Below, piece by piece: positions 9,662 to 20,111 of a stretch of 36,827 bases of DNA (the first letter of the stretch is position 1; each line of letters starts with the position of its first letter). The stretch is from assembly GCA_003854995.1 (NCBI GenBank), contig RQOI01000083.1, positions 1 to 36,827 of the forward strand, written 5' to 3'. The translations under genes were made by a program, and so were the position numbers. The stretch is from Candidatus Zhuqueibacterota bacterium (GTDB lineage: Bacteria; Zhuqueibacterota; Zhuqueibacteria; Residuimicrobiales; Krinioviventaceae). Below the pieces are notes generated by a model. The model ran no database searches. It was not told the DNA's origin and saw nothing but the letters and a program-made list of their open reading frames with translations.

Positions 9662-10483
9662 TCACTTTTTCGCCACGACACAAATGGCATGACCGAATTT
9701 TTTCCGAATCCCAGTTGGCAGCAGGTTATAGATCGGTACAAAAATGTGATTGAACAAGCCGGCGAGGAATCCTTTTCGGGGGGACGTTGTCGCGCGGATA
9801 TAATCCAAAAAGACCTCAACCTGTCGAAAATCCGAAAACAGCTCGCGAATATTTTTTTTATCGTACAGGCGCGTGATCGGGGCGTCCTCATGCGCGAACT
9901 CAAAGTTCACTTTGCCAAGCTTGGTGAGAAGAATTTTCCAGGAATACTTGTAATAGAGCGTGATCAACGCCTCACCGCCGGGCTTTAAAACTCGCAAGAC
10001 CTCTGCCACTGCATTCTCAGTGCTCTCTGTCTGATGCAGCACGCCGAGTGAAGCGACGATATCGAATGTATTGTCGGCAAAAGGCAACTTTTCCGCACTG
10101 CCGTGTTCAAATTTGGCTTGCAGGCGGTTATGCTGAAAATTCTTTTTCGCCAGCTCTAAAGCGGCCGCAGATAAATCCAGTCCTGTCGCACGCATACCAC
10201 AGCGAGCCCAGTGCAGCAATTCCCAGCCCGCACCACAGCCAATTTCCAAAATTGATCCGCCGGGGAATTTTGCCGCTTGCTTTTCAATCAGACGATACCG
10301 ATGCTCATAATTTTTCCTGATGAACGAAGCCACGGTATCAAAGAACTCGCCGGAGCCAATCTGCCGTGGATCTCCCTGCCAGAATTGAGTTGTATTGACA
10401 TTATCGGTCCAATATCGTTGCACCTCATCGATCGTCTTTACGTCACTCCCCTTCCACAAATAGGTACCTATAGAATCGGTCAT
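9662..10483 (-). CDS. Class I SAM-dependent methyltransferase
   Basis: 'ILEIGCGAG', 'GLDLS', 'LPFADNTFDIV' and 'RVLKPGG' motifs. Confidence 0.9.
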   Translation of the reverse strand: MTDSIGTYLWKGSDVKTIDEVQRYWTDNVNTTQFWQGDPRQIGSGEFFDTVASFIRKNYEHRYRLIEKQAAKFPGGSILEIGCGAGWELLHWARCGMRATGLDLSAAALELAKKNFQHNRLQAKFEHGSAEKLPFADNTFDIVASLGVLHQTESTENAVAEVLRVLKPGGEALITLYYKYSWKILLTKLGKVNFEFAHEDAPITRLYDKKNIRELFSDFRQVEVFLDYIRATTSPRKGFLAGLFNHIFVPIYNLLPTGIRKKFGHAICVVAKK

Positions 10484-10505
10484 TTCATCATCCGTTTTTC
10501 AATTT

Positions 10506-12164
10506 TCATGATTTATAAATTTTCTTGTAATCATCTATCTCGTCGTTCCGCCGCTCCGGCGTCCACTGCAGCTCCTGCGTCATCAGGTCAGCAACAGCAG
10601 AAATCTGCGTCTCTGTTGCCAGGCCTGCAGTGCCAAGCTCTGTTCTCCGCATCAGCATATCGGACAGTGTGTACGCCATTTCGTGCCGAATAGCAAAAAT
10701 GATTTCAGCCTTGAGGATGTGCGAGTCGCTGCTCACTGGTTCGGCCATTCGGGGATTGCCATTCGCACAAGCGAGGACATCGCGATAGCGAGAGCCATAG
10801 GTATGGAGCAGATGCTCTTTGCTGTCATCTGGCAGGGCGTGCAGATTTGTCATGCCATCGCCGACAAATTGATCCGTAGAGTTGATATCGCCACCCCATA
10901 CTGGGGTGGAGCGACTCGCGCGGCTTTTATCGCCATAGCCGAGTTTCTCGACAATCCGATCGACGGCCGCCTCAGAGACGCCGCGAGCTGTCGTATATTT
11001 GACGGTCAGCAGAGAGAGCAGGCCATCGAGACCGTCTTTTTGCTTGTGGTCAATGATGTCAAAGTGTTTTGTGAGGGTCACGTCGCCTGATTCTTTGTTG
11101 ACACCGGACATCGGCAGCAGACCAGCGTGAACGTGATCGATTTCATCGCGCCTGATTTTTTCATCTGGCAGGGAGCTTTTGACTTGGTCCAGAAACTCGC
11201 CAATATCCGCCTCGGTGACTGAATAATCCTCGGCAGCTCCATAATAGGGCTTGTGCGCCGTGCCGGCCAACGTCTTGCCGCGCCACGGCACAAAGAACAA
11301 CATTCTCGATCCCTTGTTGATGAGGGCATCGCTATCCCTGAAAGCTGCCCTGGTGGGAGCGGCAAAGGCCATTTTCGCCAATGGTCGATTGATGATGAGG
11401 TTCATGGCTGTCGAGAATTGAATTTTTTCTCTTTCAGGCCGATGATCGGCAATAAGATCATTGATCCACGGGCCGAGGGTGGTGATGGTCATCTTTGCCC
11501 TGACATCAAAAGAATCACCGCTCAACAGATCGCGCGCCTGTACGCCGTACACGCGGCCGTTCTTGCTGAGCACCTTTTCGGCTTTGACATAATTTGCCGC
11601 GACAGCCCCCTTTTCAACGGCTGCGTGCAAAAAAGAAAAAAGCAGCCGTTCCGAATTGATCATGTGACCGTCGTACCACATTGCGCCGCCATTGACATCC
11701 TTTCGATTCACTGCCGGAATTGACTGCAGCACCTGCTTTTTCGTCAATATCTTGCCACGCGGCAGCTGATGAGCTGCATCCAGTCCCCTATTCCGATCCG
11801 CGCTGAAAAGGTCGTTCATCAACAGGCCGAGTCGCATCACTTCCGGACCCTTCATCGCATGTCCGAACGTCGGCATGACACACCGCATTGGGAAGACGAG
11901 ATGCGGTGCGATCCTGAGCAAGATGCGTCGTTCGGTGATGGATTCGCGCATACGGATGAAATCCGCGTGCTGCAAATAGCGTAATCCGCCGTGGATGATT
12001 TTCAGGCTGTTGGAAGATGTTCCCGAGGCAAAATCTTTTTTTTCAATGAGCGCCACGCGTAATCCGCGCAGCACAGCATCCCAGGTCAACGTCGCGCCAT
12101 AGATGCCGCCACCGATGACGAGCAGGTCAAACTCTTCCTCCAGGCTGTGCAGATCTCGAATCAT
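10506..12164 (-). CDS. GlpD/GlpA-like FAD-dependent oxidoreductase (divergent glycerol-3-phosphate dehydrogenase family)
   Basis: 'DLLVIGGGIYGA', 'DFASGTSSNSLKIIHGGLRYL' and C-terminal 'AIRHEMAYTLSDMLMRRT'. ATG 12164 has GAGGA upstream. Confidence 0.85.
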   Translation of the reverse strand: MIRDLHSLEEEFDLLVIGGGIYGATLTWDAVLRGLRVALIEKKDFASGTSSNSLKIIHGGLRYLQHADFIRMRESITERRILLRIAPHLVFPMRCVMPTFGHAMKGPEVMRLGLLMNDLFSADRNRGLDAAHQLPRGKILTKKQVLQSIPAVNRKDVNGGAMWYDGHMINSERLLFSFLHAAVEKGAVAANYVKAEKVLSKNGRVYGVQARDLLSGDSFDVRAKMTITTLGPWINDLIADHRPEREKIQFSTAMNLIINRPLAKMAFAAPTRAAFRDSDALINKGSRMLFFVPWRGKTLAGTAHKPYYGAAEDYSVTEADIGEFLDQVKSSLPDEKIRRDEIDHVHAGLLPMSGVNKESGDVTLTKHFDIIDHKQKDGLDGLLSLLTVKYTTARGVSEAAVDRIVEKLGYGDKSRASRSTPVWGGDINSTDQFVGDGMTNLHALPDDSKEHLLHTYGSRYRDVLACANGNPRMAEPVSSDSHILKAEIIFAIRHEMAYTLSDMLMRRTELGTAGLATETQISAVADLMTQELQWTPERRNDEIDDYKKIYKS

Positions 12165-12177
12165 ATGAATAGCATCC

Positions 12178-14073
12178 TCAAGTTTTCGTGCCATGTTTCA
12201 TATACAAGTCATACCACAGGTGAAACACCATCAATGCCCATAATCTGTGACTATGATTCTCTCTGCTCTTCAGGTGTTCACTGACAAGTCGCTTGACAAA
12301 CTGCGGATCAAAATAGCCCTTTTCCTTCACATTCTTTTCCGATAACGACTCGAGCATCATCGGCTTGAGCTCATTTTTGATCCAGTTTTTGATCGGAATA
12401 CTGAAACCTTCTTTACCGCGCTCAATGATAGAGAGCGGCAGCTCATTCTGCATGCAGGTCTTGAGAATATGTTTTGTCCGTTTGCCTTTCAAGCGCAAAT
12501 GGCTTGGTATCGTCGCGGCAAACTCGACAAACCGAAAATCGAGAAAAGGTACGCGCGCTTCCAGCGAATTGGCCATGCTCATGCGATCAACCTTGACAAG
12601 GATATCATCAACCAGATAGCTTTTGATGTCCACATATTCCTGTTGGTCGAGAGGTTCGCGTGAGGTCACGCGCGCGAAATACTCTTCGATGAAACCAAAA
12701 GAATTGTAGCCGTGCAAAGACCGGGAGAACTCGGGCGAGTACAAAAGATCTTTTTCAGCCTTTTGCATAAATATCATCCAGCGGACATGTTGCAGATTGC
12801 CGGGTAATCTCGCACCTTCAATGAAGCGTTTGGCTCTGTTGATCAGTCCTTTCTTCTTTTCCGTTGGCGGCAGGGCGTCTATTATAGGATCAATTGATAA
12901 TTTTCGCAGAAATCCAGGCAATCTTGCATATTTTTTCGCCAGTCTCTGCGCGATGTAGGTGTCATAGCCGGCGAGCAGTTCATCACCGCCATCGCCCGAG
13001 AGCACGACCGTCACATTCTTGCGCGCCATTTGCGAGACGAGGTATGTCGGGAATACGGAAAAATCTCCAAAGGGTTCGTCGAGCATCCACACTATTTTTT
13101 CCGTCAGGTCGGCTGCGTCGGGCTTTATAATTTCTTCAAAATGCTCTGTCCGGAATCTCTCGGCAACGGCGCGCGCGTAGGGGAGCTCGTTATAGGTCGT
13201 TTCGTCAAAACCGATGGAAAAGCTTTTGACCGGACCAGTGTTGTTGCGGCTCATCATCGCGACAATAGTGCTTGAATCAAGACCACCGCTCAGAAAAGCG
13301 CCGAGAGGTACGTCACTCATCAATCGAATTTTAACTGCGTCCGCAAGAAGCTCATCCAGACGTTCGTTCAGTGCTGCCTCACTGGCCGTGGAGCAGTTGT
13401 ACTGCACATCCCAGTATTGTCGCACCAAAAGTCGGCCATCGCGATAGGACAGCCAATGCCCTGGCGGCAATTTGTGGATGTTGGTGAAAATGGTGTATGG
13501 ACTGGGAATATACTCAAAAGTGAGGAAAGCATCCAGCGCTTTCGGCTCAATCTCTTTCGGAATGGAATCGAGTTGTACAATCGATTTGAGTTCCGACGCA
13601 AATACGAGTTGCTGTGCATCGCAGTAATAATAGAGCGGTTTGATGCCGATGCGATCTCGAGCGAGGAAAAGTCCCTTTCGCCGGCCATCCCAAATGGCAA
13701 AAGCAAACATGCCGTTCAATCTTTCGAGACAGTTTATCCCCCACTCTTCATACGCATGCAGAATCGCTTCGGTGTCTGTTTTCGTAACGAAGACATGGCC
13801 TTTTGCCGTCAGCTCTCTGCGGATGTCGACATGGTTGTAAATCTCGCCATTGAAGACGATGGCCATTGATCGGTCCTCATTGAAAATCGGCTGATGGCCG
13901 GTGGACAGATCGATGATGCTCAGTCGTCGCATTCCGATGCCCACATTGTCGCAGACGAATTGACCTTCGTCATCCGGGCCACGATGTTTGATGACATTGC
14001 ACATTTTTATCACATCAGCGCGCGCAACCGGATGCTCTTTTTCCCGATGGATGATGCCGCAGATGCCGCACAT
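12178..14073 (-). CDS. asnB: Asparagine synthase (glutamine-hydrolysing) family amidotransferase
   Basis: N-terminal 'MCGICG' Ntn nucleophile, 'HRGPDD', 'RRLSIIDL', 'FLSGGLDSS', 'LSGDGGDE' and 'SLEARVPFLD'. The start overlaps the upstream stop (TAATG). Confidence 0.93.
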   Translation of the reverse strand: MCGICGIIHREKEHPVARADVIKMCNVIKHRGPDDEGQFVCDNVGIGMRRLSIIDLSTGHQPIFNEDRSMAIVFNGEIYNHVDIRRELTAKGHVFVTKTDTEAILHAYEEWGINCLERLNGMFAFAIWDGRRKGLFLARDRIGIKPLYYYCDAQQLVFASELKSIVQLDSIPKEIEPKALDAFLTFEYIPSPYTIFTNIHKLPPGHWLSYRDGRLLVRQYWDVQYNCSTASEAALNERLDELLADAVKIRLMSDVPLGAFLSGGLDSSTIVAMMSRNNTGPVKSFSIGFDETTYNELPYARAVAERFRTEHFEEIIKPDAADLTEKIVWMLDEPFGDFSVFPTYLVSQMARKNVTVVLSGDGGDELLAGYDTYIAQRLAKKYARLPGFLRKLSIDPIIDALPPTEKKKGLINRAKRFIEGARLPGNLQHVRWMIFMQKAEKDLLYSPEFSRSLHGYNSFGFIEEYFARVTSREPLDQQEYVDIKSYLVDDILVKVDRMSMANSLEARVPFLDFRFVEFAATIPSHLRLKGKRTKHILKTCMQNELPLSIIERGKEGFSIPIKNWIKNELKPMMLESLSEKNVKEKGYFDPQFVKRLVSEHLKSRENHSHRLWALMVFHLWYDLYMKHGTKT

Positions 14074-15290
14074 TAGCCTGTCGTCCTCATCACTCGTTCC
14101 ACAATCCATTTTGTCTTTTGCAGATAATCATCATAGCTGTAATGCTGTTCAGCCAGATGCTGCGCTGCAGCGACAAGACGCCGTTGAGCATCTCTATCGT
14201 CCAGAATAGAGAGCAGGGCCTCCGCAAATGCTTCCGGATTCGGATCGGCTAAAACAGATGTGGAGTCACTGAGTATTTGTGTGTGTGTGATGTGACGCGT
14301 GGCCACAATGGGCTTGCCGCTCCTCAAATAGGAATAGATCTTGAGGGGGGAATTGCTCCCCTGCAATCGCGGCGAGACGAGCACATCGCTGAGTGAGACA
14401 AAACCGGGGATCATGTTGGGCGGCACAAAGCCGGTGAAGGTGAATTTAGATTCAACTCCGAGTTTTTGTGCTTGCGCCCGATACATCGACACCTGCTGTT
14501 CATTGCCGCCGACCATTAAAAATCGGACGTCTCCGCGGCGTTTTTCCACCCGAGCGGCGCTTTCGACGAGCATATCAATCCCCTGATACGCCTCAAACGT
14601 GCCATAGTAGAGCACTATCTTTGCGCCATTGATATTGTACTGCTTTTTCAAGCTTTCCTGCAGGGCAGCGGTCGCCGGGAAGACAATGCTGTTATCCGCG
14701 ACGTTTTCAATGAGCATACAGCGCTGATCGGGAAATTTTTTTTCGACATAGCTCTGCAACTCTGGGCAAATCGTTATCACGCCGGCAGATTTCCTGATCG
14801 TCTGTCGCTCCAGTGCTTCAAACAGCTCGAGCAGCAGCTTGGACGTGGAGAATTTGAAATTACCGAGCTGCTGCGGCAAACTGGAATGCATGTCATACAG
14901 ATGCGGCAGGCCGTATTTCGCGGCCAGAGAAACGCCAAAAAAACCGGCTTCTTCGTGAGTGTGCAGATAGTCATAGCGGAATTTCTTCAGCAATTCCACA
15001 GCTTTGAAATAGAGGGCGATATCCAGAAATATCTTGGGCAGCGATGGTCCGATCTTTACTTTTTTGATGAACGGCACCTTTGCCGCACGATGGATGGAGA
15101 GGTTATCGATCGACACATCTTCACCGACATGATAGGTGACCAAATCGACTTTGTGGCCAAGCAGCGACAATGCCTTGATGCGATGCAATACACTGAAAGG
15201 CGTACCACGAGGCTGGAACCACGGTTGGGGCGCGATCATGAGAATGCGCAGCTTTTCCACTTCATCGCCATCATGGATGTTAACATTCAT
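14073..15290 (-). CDS. Glycosyltransferase family 4 (GT-B)
   Basis: 'RILMIAPQPWFQPRGTP', 'YYGTFEAYQGID' and 'SPLKIYSYLRSGKPIVAT'. Start could alternatively be GTG 15260. Confidence 0.9.
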   Translation of the reverse strand: MNVNIHDGDEVEKLRILMIAPQPWFQPRGTPFSVLHRIKALSLLGHKVDLVTYHVGEDVSIDNLSIHRAAKVPFIKKVKIGPSLPKIFLDIALYFKAVELLKKFRYDYLHTHEEAGFFGVSLAAKYGLPHLYDMHSSLPQQLGNFKFSTSKLLLELFEALERQTIRKSAGVITICPELQSYVEKKFPDQRCMLIENVADNSIVFPATAALQESLKKQYNINGAKIVLYYGTFEAYQGIDMLVESAARVEKRRGDVRFLMVGGNEQQVSMYRAQAQKLGVESKFTFTGFVPPNMIPGFVSLSDVLVSPRLQGSNSPLKIYSYLRSGKPIVATRHITHTQILSDSTSVLADPNPEAFAEALLSILDDRDAQRRLVAAAQHLAEQHYSYDDYLQKTKWIVERVMRTTG

Positions 15291-15320
15291 CGAAAAACAC
15301 CTTTGATAAAATTTTGAGAC

Positions 15321-16778
15321 TTATTGAGCACCGTAGCCGGTGATGACAACCCAAAAGGTTCGAAACATCAGTTTGAGATCCAATACGAGAGACCAATGAT
15401 CGATGTATTCCAGATCCATCCTCATCCACTCTTCAAAACCGATTTTGTTCCGGCCGCTGACCTGCCAGATACAGGTAATTCCGGGCTTGAGAGAGAGCCT
15501 TCGGCGCTGCCAAATCTCATAGTGCTCGACTTCGCTTCGCAAGGGTGGCCGCGGGCCGACAATGCTCATATCACCTTTCAACACATTGAAGAATTGCGGA
15601 ATTTCATCGATGCTGGTTTTACGGATGAGATATCCGATGGGTGTGATACGCGGGTCATGCTTGATCTTGAACACCGGGCCATCCATCTCATTATGATGCG
15701 CAAGCGACTCTTTTAACGCTTCCGCATCTGAGACCATAGACCGGAATTTGTACAGCGAAAATTTACGTCCATTCAGCCCGATACGTTCTTGTCGGAAAAA
15801 GATGGGGCCCTTCGACGTGATGCGGATCAAGAGTGCGACAAGCATGATGAGTGGTGAGAAGAAGACGATGGCACAGGCTGAAATGCAAATGTCCAGCACT
15901 CTTTTGATAAAGAGCTGCCATTCCTTTGCGTAAAAGGTCTGGAATTCCAGCAGCGGAAAGCCGTTAAAATCGGTCTGCCTCGCTTTGGCAATGTGCAGAT
16001 TATAGAGGTCCAAAGAGATTGAGGTCGAGACGCCCACCTTTTCGCACTCCAGTATTGCACCTTCGATTCGATCCAACCAAATCCGCGGCACGACAAAAAT
16101 GACCCGGTCAATGACGAGTCGGTTCACAATGAAACCGATGTCCTGAATGCGACCGAGGACGCGATACCCTTCGATCTCTTTGCCAAAATAGCGCGGATCA
16201 TCATCAATCAAGCCGACGATGTGCAATCCCCAGTTCGAGTGACCCTTGACATTGCGAATGAATTCGCGGGCGCGATTGCCGGTTCCAACGATGAGTAAAT
16301 TTTCCTGGTTATAACCTTTGGCATGCATCCGTTCCAAAATGAACAGGAGCATGGCTTTTTCCAATATGATCAACGTGTAAGCTGTGCCAGAGTAAACGAG
16401 GAAGAATAACCGGCTGGCCATATCAAATTTGAGAAAGAAGACAAAACTGCCGCACACGAAACTGGCCCAAATGGAGGTGACAAAAAGAATCCACGCCAGA
16501 TTTTTAAAAGTGCGCGTCCTGTACTCCTGATAGATTTTATTCAGCTTATACAGCACCCACCAGATGAGCGGAAAACCAATGAACATGATCCAGTATTTTG
16601 AGGCAAAATACATTAGACCGGATACATCGACGCTGGTCGCATAGGCCTTCACATTCCAGAACGTAATGTAGCGAATGAATTCGTCGACATAGTACGCCAA
16701 TGGAAATGCGACATAAAGAATGAGCAGATCGATGAACTGCATCACATTCTGAATGAACTTTTCTTTATCGACCAACAT
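15321..16778 (-). CDS. Polyprenyl-phosphate glycosylphosphotransferase (WcaJ/WbaP-like priming sugar transferase)
   Basis: N-terminal TM helices, then 'IKRVLDI', 'YKFRSM', 'DPRITPIG', 'SIDEIPQFFNVLKGDMSIVGPRP', 'KPGITCIWQVSGRN' and 'DLEYI'. Confidence 0.93.
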   Translation of the reverse strand: MLVDKEKFIQNVMQFIDLLILYVAFPLAYYVDEFIRYITFWNVKAYATSVDVSGLMYFASKYWIMFIGFPLIWWVLYKLNKIYQEYRTRTFKNLAWILFVTSIWASFVCGSFVFFLKFDMASRLFFLVYSGTAYTLIILEKAMLLFILERMHAKGYNQENLLIVGTGNRAREFIRNVKGHSNWGLHIVGLIDDDPRYFGKEIEGYRVLGRIQDIGFIVNRLVIDRVIFVVPRIWLDRIEGAILECEKVGVSTSISLDLYNLHIAKARQTDFNGFPLLEFQTFYAKEWQLFIKRVLDICISACAIVFFSPLIMLVALLIRITSKGPIFFRQERIGLNGRKFSLYKFRSMVSDAEALKESLAHHNEMDGPVFKIKHDPRITPIGYLIRKTSIDEIPQFFNVLKGDMSIVGPRPPLRSEVEHYEIWQRRRLSLKPGITCIWQVSGRNKIGFEEWMRMDLEYIDHWSLVLDLKLMFRTFWVVITGYGAQ

Positions 16779-16785
16779 GTCTCAA

Positions 16786-17772
16786 TCACGTCCTCGAAAG
16801 GTCTTGTTCATGTCGTTGATTATTCTGCAGGAACCATTGCACAAAATACCTTATACCATCTTCGATCTGAATCTGCGGATCATATTCAAGCTCTCTCCTC
16901 GCCTTTTCGACATTCGAAAAGGTGACAGGCACATCACCCGGCTGATCCGGCCTGAATTCGAGGAGCGCTTCAATGCCGAGAGCGTCCTGTATCAGTCTGA
17001 TGAGCGCAATGAGTTCGATCGTCTTTGATTCGCCGAGATTATAAATATTATAGCCATCGCAATGGTGGATCGCTGCTGTGATGCCCTGAATGATGTCGGA
17101 AATATAGGTGTAATCGCGACGACTGGCGCCGGCGCCAAAGACTTGAATCGGTTTTTTGCTGTAGATGAGACGGGTAAATTTATGAATCGCCATGTCCGGG
17201 CGTTGCCGCGGACCGTATACGGTGAAAAAGCGCAGACAATTGACCGAAATATCGTAAAGGTGGTGATAGGTGTAGCAGATGAGCTCACCGGCCTTCTTTG
17301 TCGCGGCGTAGGGTGAAATCGGATGATCGACAAGATCTGTTTCTTCAAACGGCACTTTCTCATTGGCGCCATAGACAGACGAAGAAGAGGCAAAGACAAA
17401 TTTTTTTATGTTATGAATTCTGCACTGCTCGAGCACATTCATCGTGCCGCGCACGTTCACGCTCTCGTAGAGCAAAGGGTGCTCGATTGAGGGACGAACA
17501 CCGGCTCTCGCTGCGAGATGAACGACGAGATCAAAAGGATGCTGATGAAAAAGTTCCTGCAGGCCGGACTCATCCAGGATGTCCAATTCAGCGAGTCTAC
17601 AGTTTGCCGACCGCAACGCCGCACTGATATTTTGTCGTTTGATGGCTGGACTGTAATAATCATTGAAATTATCCAGACAAACGATATTATGCTTTTCTTC
17701 CACCAGCCTTTCGATCAAATGCGAACCGATAAAACCGGCGCCACCTGTGACGAGAATATTCAAAGCGCTCAT
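16786..17772 (-). CDS. UDP-glucuronate 4-epimerase-like SDR
   Basis: 'TGGAGFIGSH', 'DNFNDYY', 'HLAARAGVRPS', 'SPYAATKKAGE' and 'RFFTVYGPRQRPDMA' fit the GAE/CapI subfamily. Confidence 0.88.
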   Translation of the reverse strand: MSALNILVTGGAGFIGSHLIERLVEEKHNIVCLDNFNDYYSPAIKRQNISAALRSANCRLAELDILDESGLQELFHQHPFDLVVHLAARAGVRPSIEHPLLYESVNVRGTMNVLEQCRIHNIKKFVFASSSSVYGANEKVPFEETDLVDHPISPYAATKKAGELICYTYHHLYDISVNCLRFFTVYGPRQRPDMAIHKFTRLIYSKKPIQVFGAGASRRDYTYISDIIQGITAAIHHCDGYNIYNLGESKTIELIALIRLIQDALGIEALLEFRPDQPGDVPVTFSNVEKARRELEYDPQIQIEDGIRYFVQWFLQNNQRHEQDLSRT

Positions 17773-17779
17773 CTTCCTC

Positions 17780-20101
17780 TTAGTAATGATAATAGCTGTA
17801 CGAACTTTTCATGTTTGCCTCTTCCGTACCATTCATGACGACGCCGACGAGATTAGCCGGCACTGTGTTAAATATGTCCAATCTTTCTTTTGCATTGTTA
17901 CGATTGGTCTTGCCCGCTTTCACGACGATGACGACCGCATCAACCAGGGTGCTGATGACAACCGAATCGGTTGCTGCATCAAGTGGCGGTGCATCAAATA
18001 TGATAAAGTCGTACTTTCTCTTCACCTCGGCGACAAATCGCCGCATCTGCATTGAGCCGAGCAATTCTGATGGATTGGGAATTAAGGAACCGCAACTCAG
18101 CACAGAGAGATTGGGAACATGCGTCGGCTGGACCAGTCCGACGAGGGTCGCCTTATTGCTCAGATAGTTAGTCAAACCAGGATCCTTTGAGGTGCTAAAG
18201 GTATTATGCTGAACGCCGCGACGCAAATCGGCGTCAACCAACAGCGTATTCGTGCGTTGTTGGGCCATGATGATGGCGAGATTGCTCGCGGTGAACGATT
18301 TCCCCTCCTCCGGGCTGATGCTGGTGATGAGTAATGTCCGGATCCGTTCCGAGCCGCGCGCGAACAGCAGCTGTGTTCGTAACGCCCGATACGCTTCGCC
18401 GACCGGTGTCGGCGAATAGTCATGCGTCACCAGCTGGCGATCAATTTGCAGCGCTTTTTGGTCATCGCGAAAATCGGGAATATCTTTGAAAGAAACAACT
18501 GGTATTGTTCCGAGCACCGGCAAGTTCAGATACCGTTCGACATCGCGAAGTGTATACAACGATCGATCCGCGATGTCAAGGCCAATCGAGAGGAAGAGCC
18601 CAAACAGCAAACCAAGACCACTGCCCAGCATGACCTGCCTTTTTTTGCTCGGATTGACCGGAGTGGTCGGCCGCGCGGCGCGGTCCAGGATGCGAATGCC
18701 GGCATCCGAACCGGTGCCAGAAACCTGCAGTCTTTTCATTTCAACATAGAAAGTCGTGAACAGCTCTTCATCGACCTGTTTTTTTCGCTCCAGCTCCATC
18801 AGCCGTCTTTCATCACTCGGCAGGGTGTGCAGCTTTGCCTCAAGTTCCACTTTTTCCTTGCGTTGAGCAGATTCTTGCTCGGCAAGAATATTTCGATAGT
18901 TGGATGCAAATTCAATAATTTTATCCTGCGTCTCCTGGATCCTTTTGGCATAGTTGATGACATCTTTGTGCTCAGCGGAAAACTCGGAATACAATCGATC
19001 ATATTCCTTTTCCAAATTCTCGAGGTTTTGTCGATAGATTATTAATTCCGGCTCTTGCGTCATGGCGCCAAAAGAGGCAAGCTGATGAACGACGACGCGT
19101 CGATATTCGCGCTCGTAGCCATCTTCAGGATTTTCAAGCTTCATGAGTAGATTTGAAAGCATTCGACGCTGATGAGGTAAATCCCTCAACGCGCTTTCGT
19201 TAGCTGCCAATCGATTCATGAGGCTCTTTTTCTCAGCATCCAGGGAAAGCGGATACTGGGAATAGAATCGGTGCAGGCCCTCTTCACTATTCTTCATATT
19301 CTCTTCGGCTGCGGAAAGGTTTCGGCTCAGCATATCCCGATAGGTGTCCGAATCCATCAACTTGAGTCTCTTGATTTCGAGCAGATAAGCCTCGGCAATC
19401 CGATTGAGAAGTTTTGGTATCAGATCAGGATTTTCATCTTCAAGCTCGATCACCAAAAAATTCCCGGCCCGGTTGAAAGTTTTTTCAACAGAATAATAGA
19501 GGAATTTAAATCCCTTGATAAACGGCCTGATGCGGAAATGAAATTCTCCCGGCTTGTAGCTGAAATTTGGATTAAGGCGATATGAAATGCCGTTTATAGA
19601 GCGCGGCGTATCGACAGCCTCCCAGACGTCGGCGCTATCGACCGGCGTCGCCATATCGCTGTCTTTTCGATACAAGTAATAAGTGCCCAGTTTATCAATG
19701 ACGATTTTGTACTGCGCCTCAACGGGATTCGTTGTCGTGTGATATTCAAGGAACACTTCATCAAAATCTTTATATACAGAGTCTAAATTCACAAATGCCA
19801 AACCGAGGACAGCTGCCATGCGCTCGGTGAAGGATTGACTGCGAATTTCGGCCTGTGTATCACCATCAAAAATATTATACTCGTCGGTGCCAACCTTTTT
19901 TGACTGTATGACAACCCTGCATCGATATCTGGGCACCTGATTCTTGGCAATAAAATAAAAAGGGATGGCAAAGACAAGGCTCAAACTGATGATGAGCCAC
20001 TTGCGTCTCCATATGCCTCGAAAAAATTTTGCAAAATCTATTTGACTGGACAGCTCTTTATCAATCGGCTCTTCAAATGTCTCGAAATCTTCCATTGCCA
20101 T
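17780..20101 (-). CDS. wzc: Polysaccharide co-polymerase / tyrosine autokinase
   Basis: Two TM segments flank a coiled-coil periplasmic region. 'EAYRALRT', Walker A 'SPEEGKS', 'VDADLRR', 'IIFDAPP' and the C-terminal Tyr cluster 'SYSYYHY' are present. Confidence 0.93.
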   Translation of the reverse strand: MAMEDFETFEEPIDKELSSQIDFAKFFRGIWRRKWLIISLSLVFAIPFYFIAKNQVPRYRCRVVIQSKKVGTDEYNIFDGDTQAEIRSQSFTERMAAVLGLAFVNLDSVYKDFDEVFLEYHTTTNPVEAQYKIVIDKLGTYYLYRKDSDMATPVDSADVWEAVDTPRSINGISYRLNPNFSYKPGEFHFRIRPFIKGFKFLYYSVEKTFNRAGNFLVIELEDENPDLIPKLLNRIAEAYLLEIKRLKLMDSDTYRDMLSRNLSAAEENMKNSEEGLHRFYSQYPLSLDAEKKSLMNRLAANESALRDLPHQRRMLSNLLMKLENPEDGYEREYRRVVVHQLASFGAMTQEPELIIYRQNLENLEKEYDRLYSEFSAEHKDVINYAKRIQETQDKIIEFASNYRNILAEQESAQRKEKVELEAKLHTLPSDERRLMELERKKQVDEELFTTFYVEMKRLQVSGTGSDAGIRILDRAARPTTPVNPSKKRQVMLGSGLGLLFGLFLSIGLDIADRSLYTLRDVERYLNLPVLGTIPVVSFKDIPDFRDDQKALQIDRQLVTHDYSPTPVGEAYRALRTQLLFARGSERIRTLLITSISPEEGKSFTASNLAIIMAQQRTNTLLVDADLRRGVQHNTFSTSKDPGLTNYLSNKATLVGLVQPTHVPNLSVLSCGSLIPNPSELLGSMQMRRFVAEVKRKYDFIIFDAPPLDAATDSVVISTLVDAVVIVVKAGKTNRNNAKERLDIFNTVPANLVGVVMNGTEEANMKSSYSYYHY

Positions 20102-20111
20102 AATTCAACCT

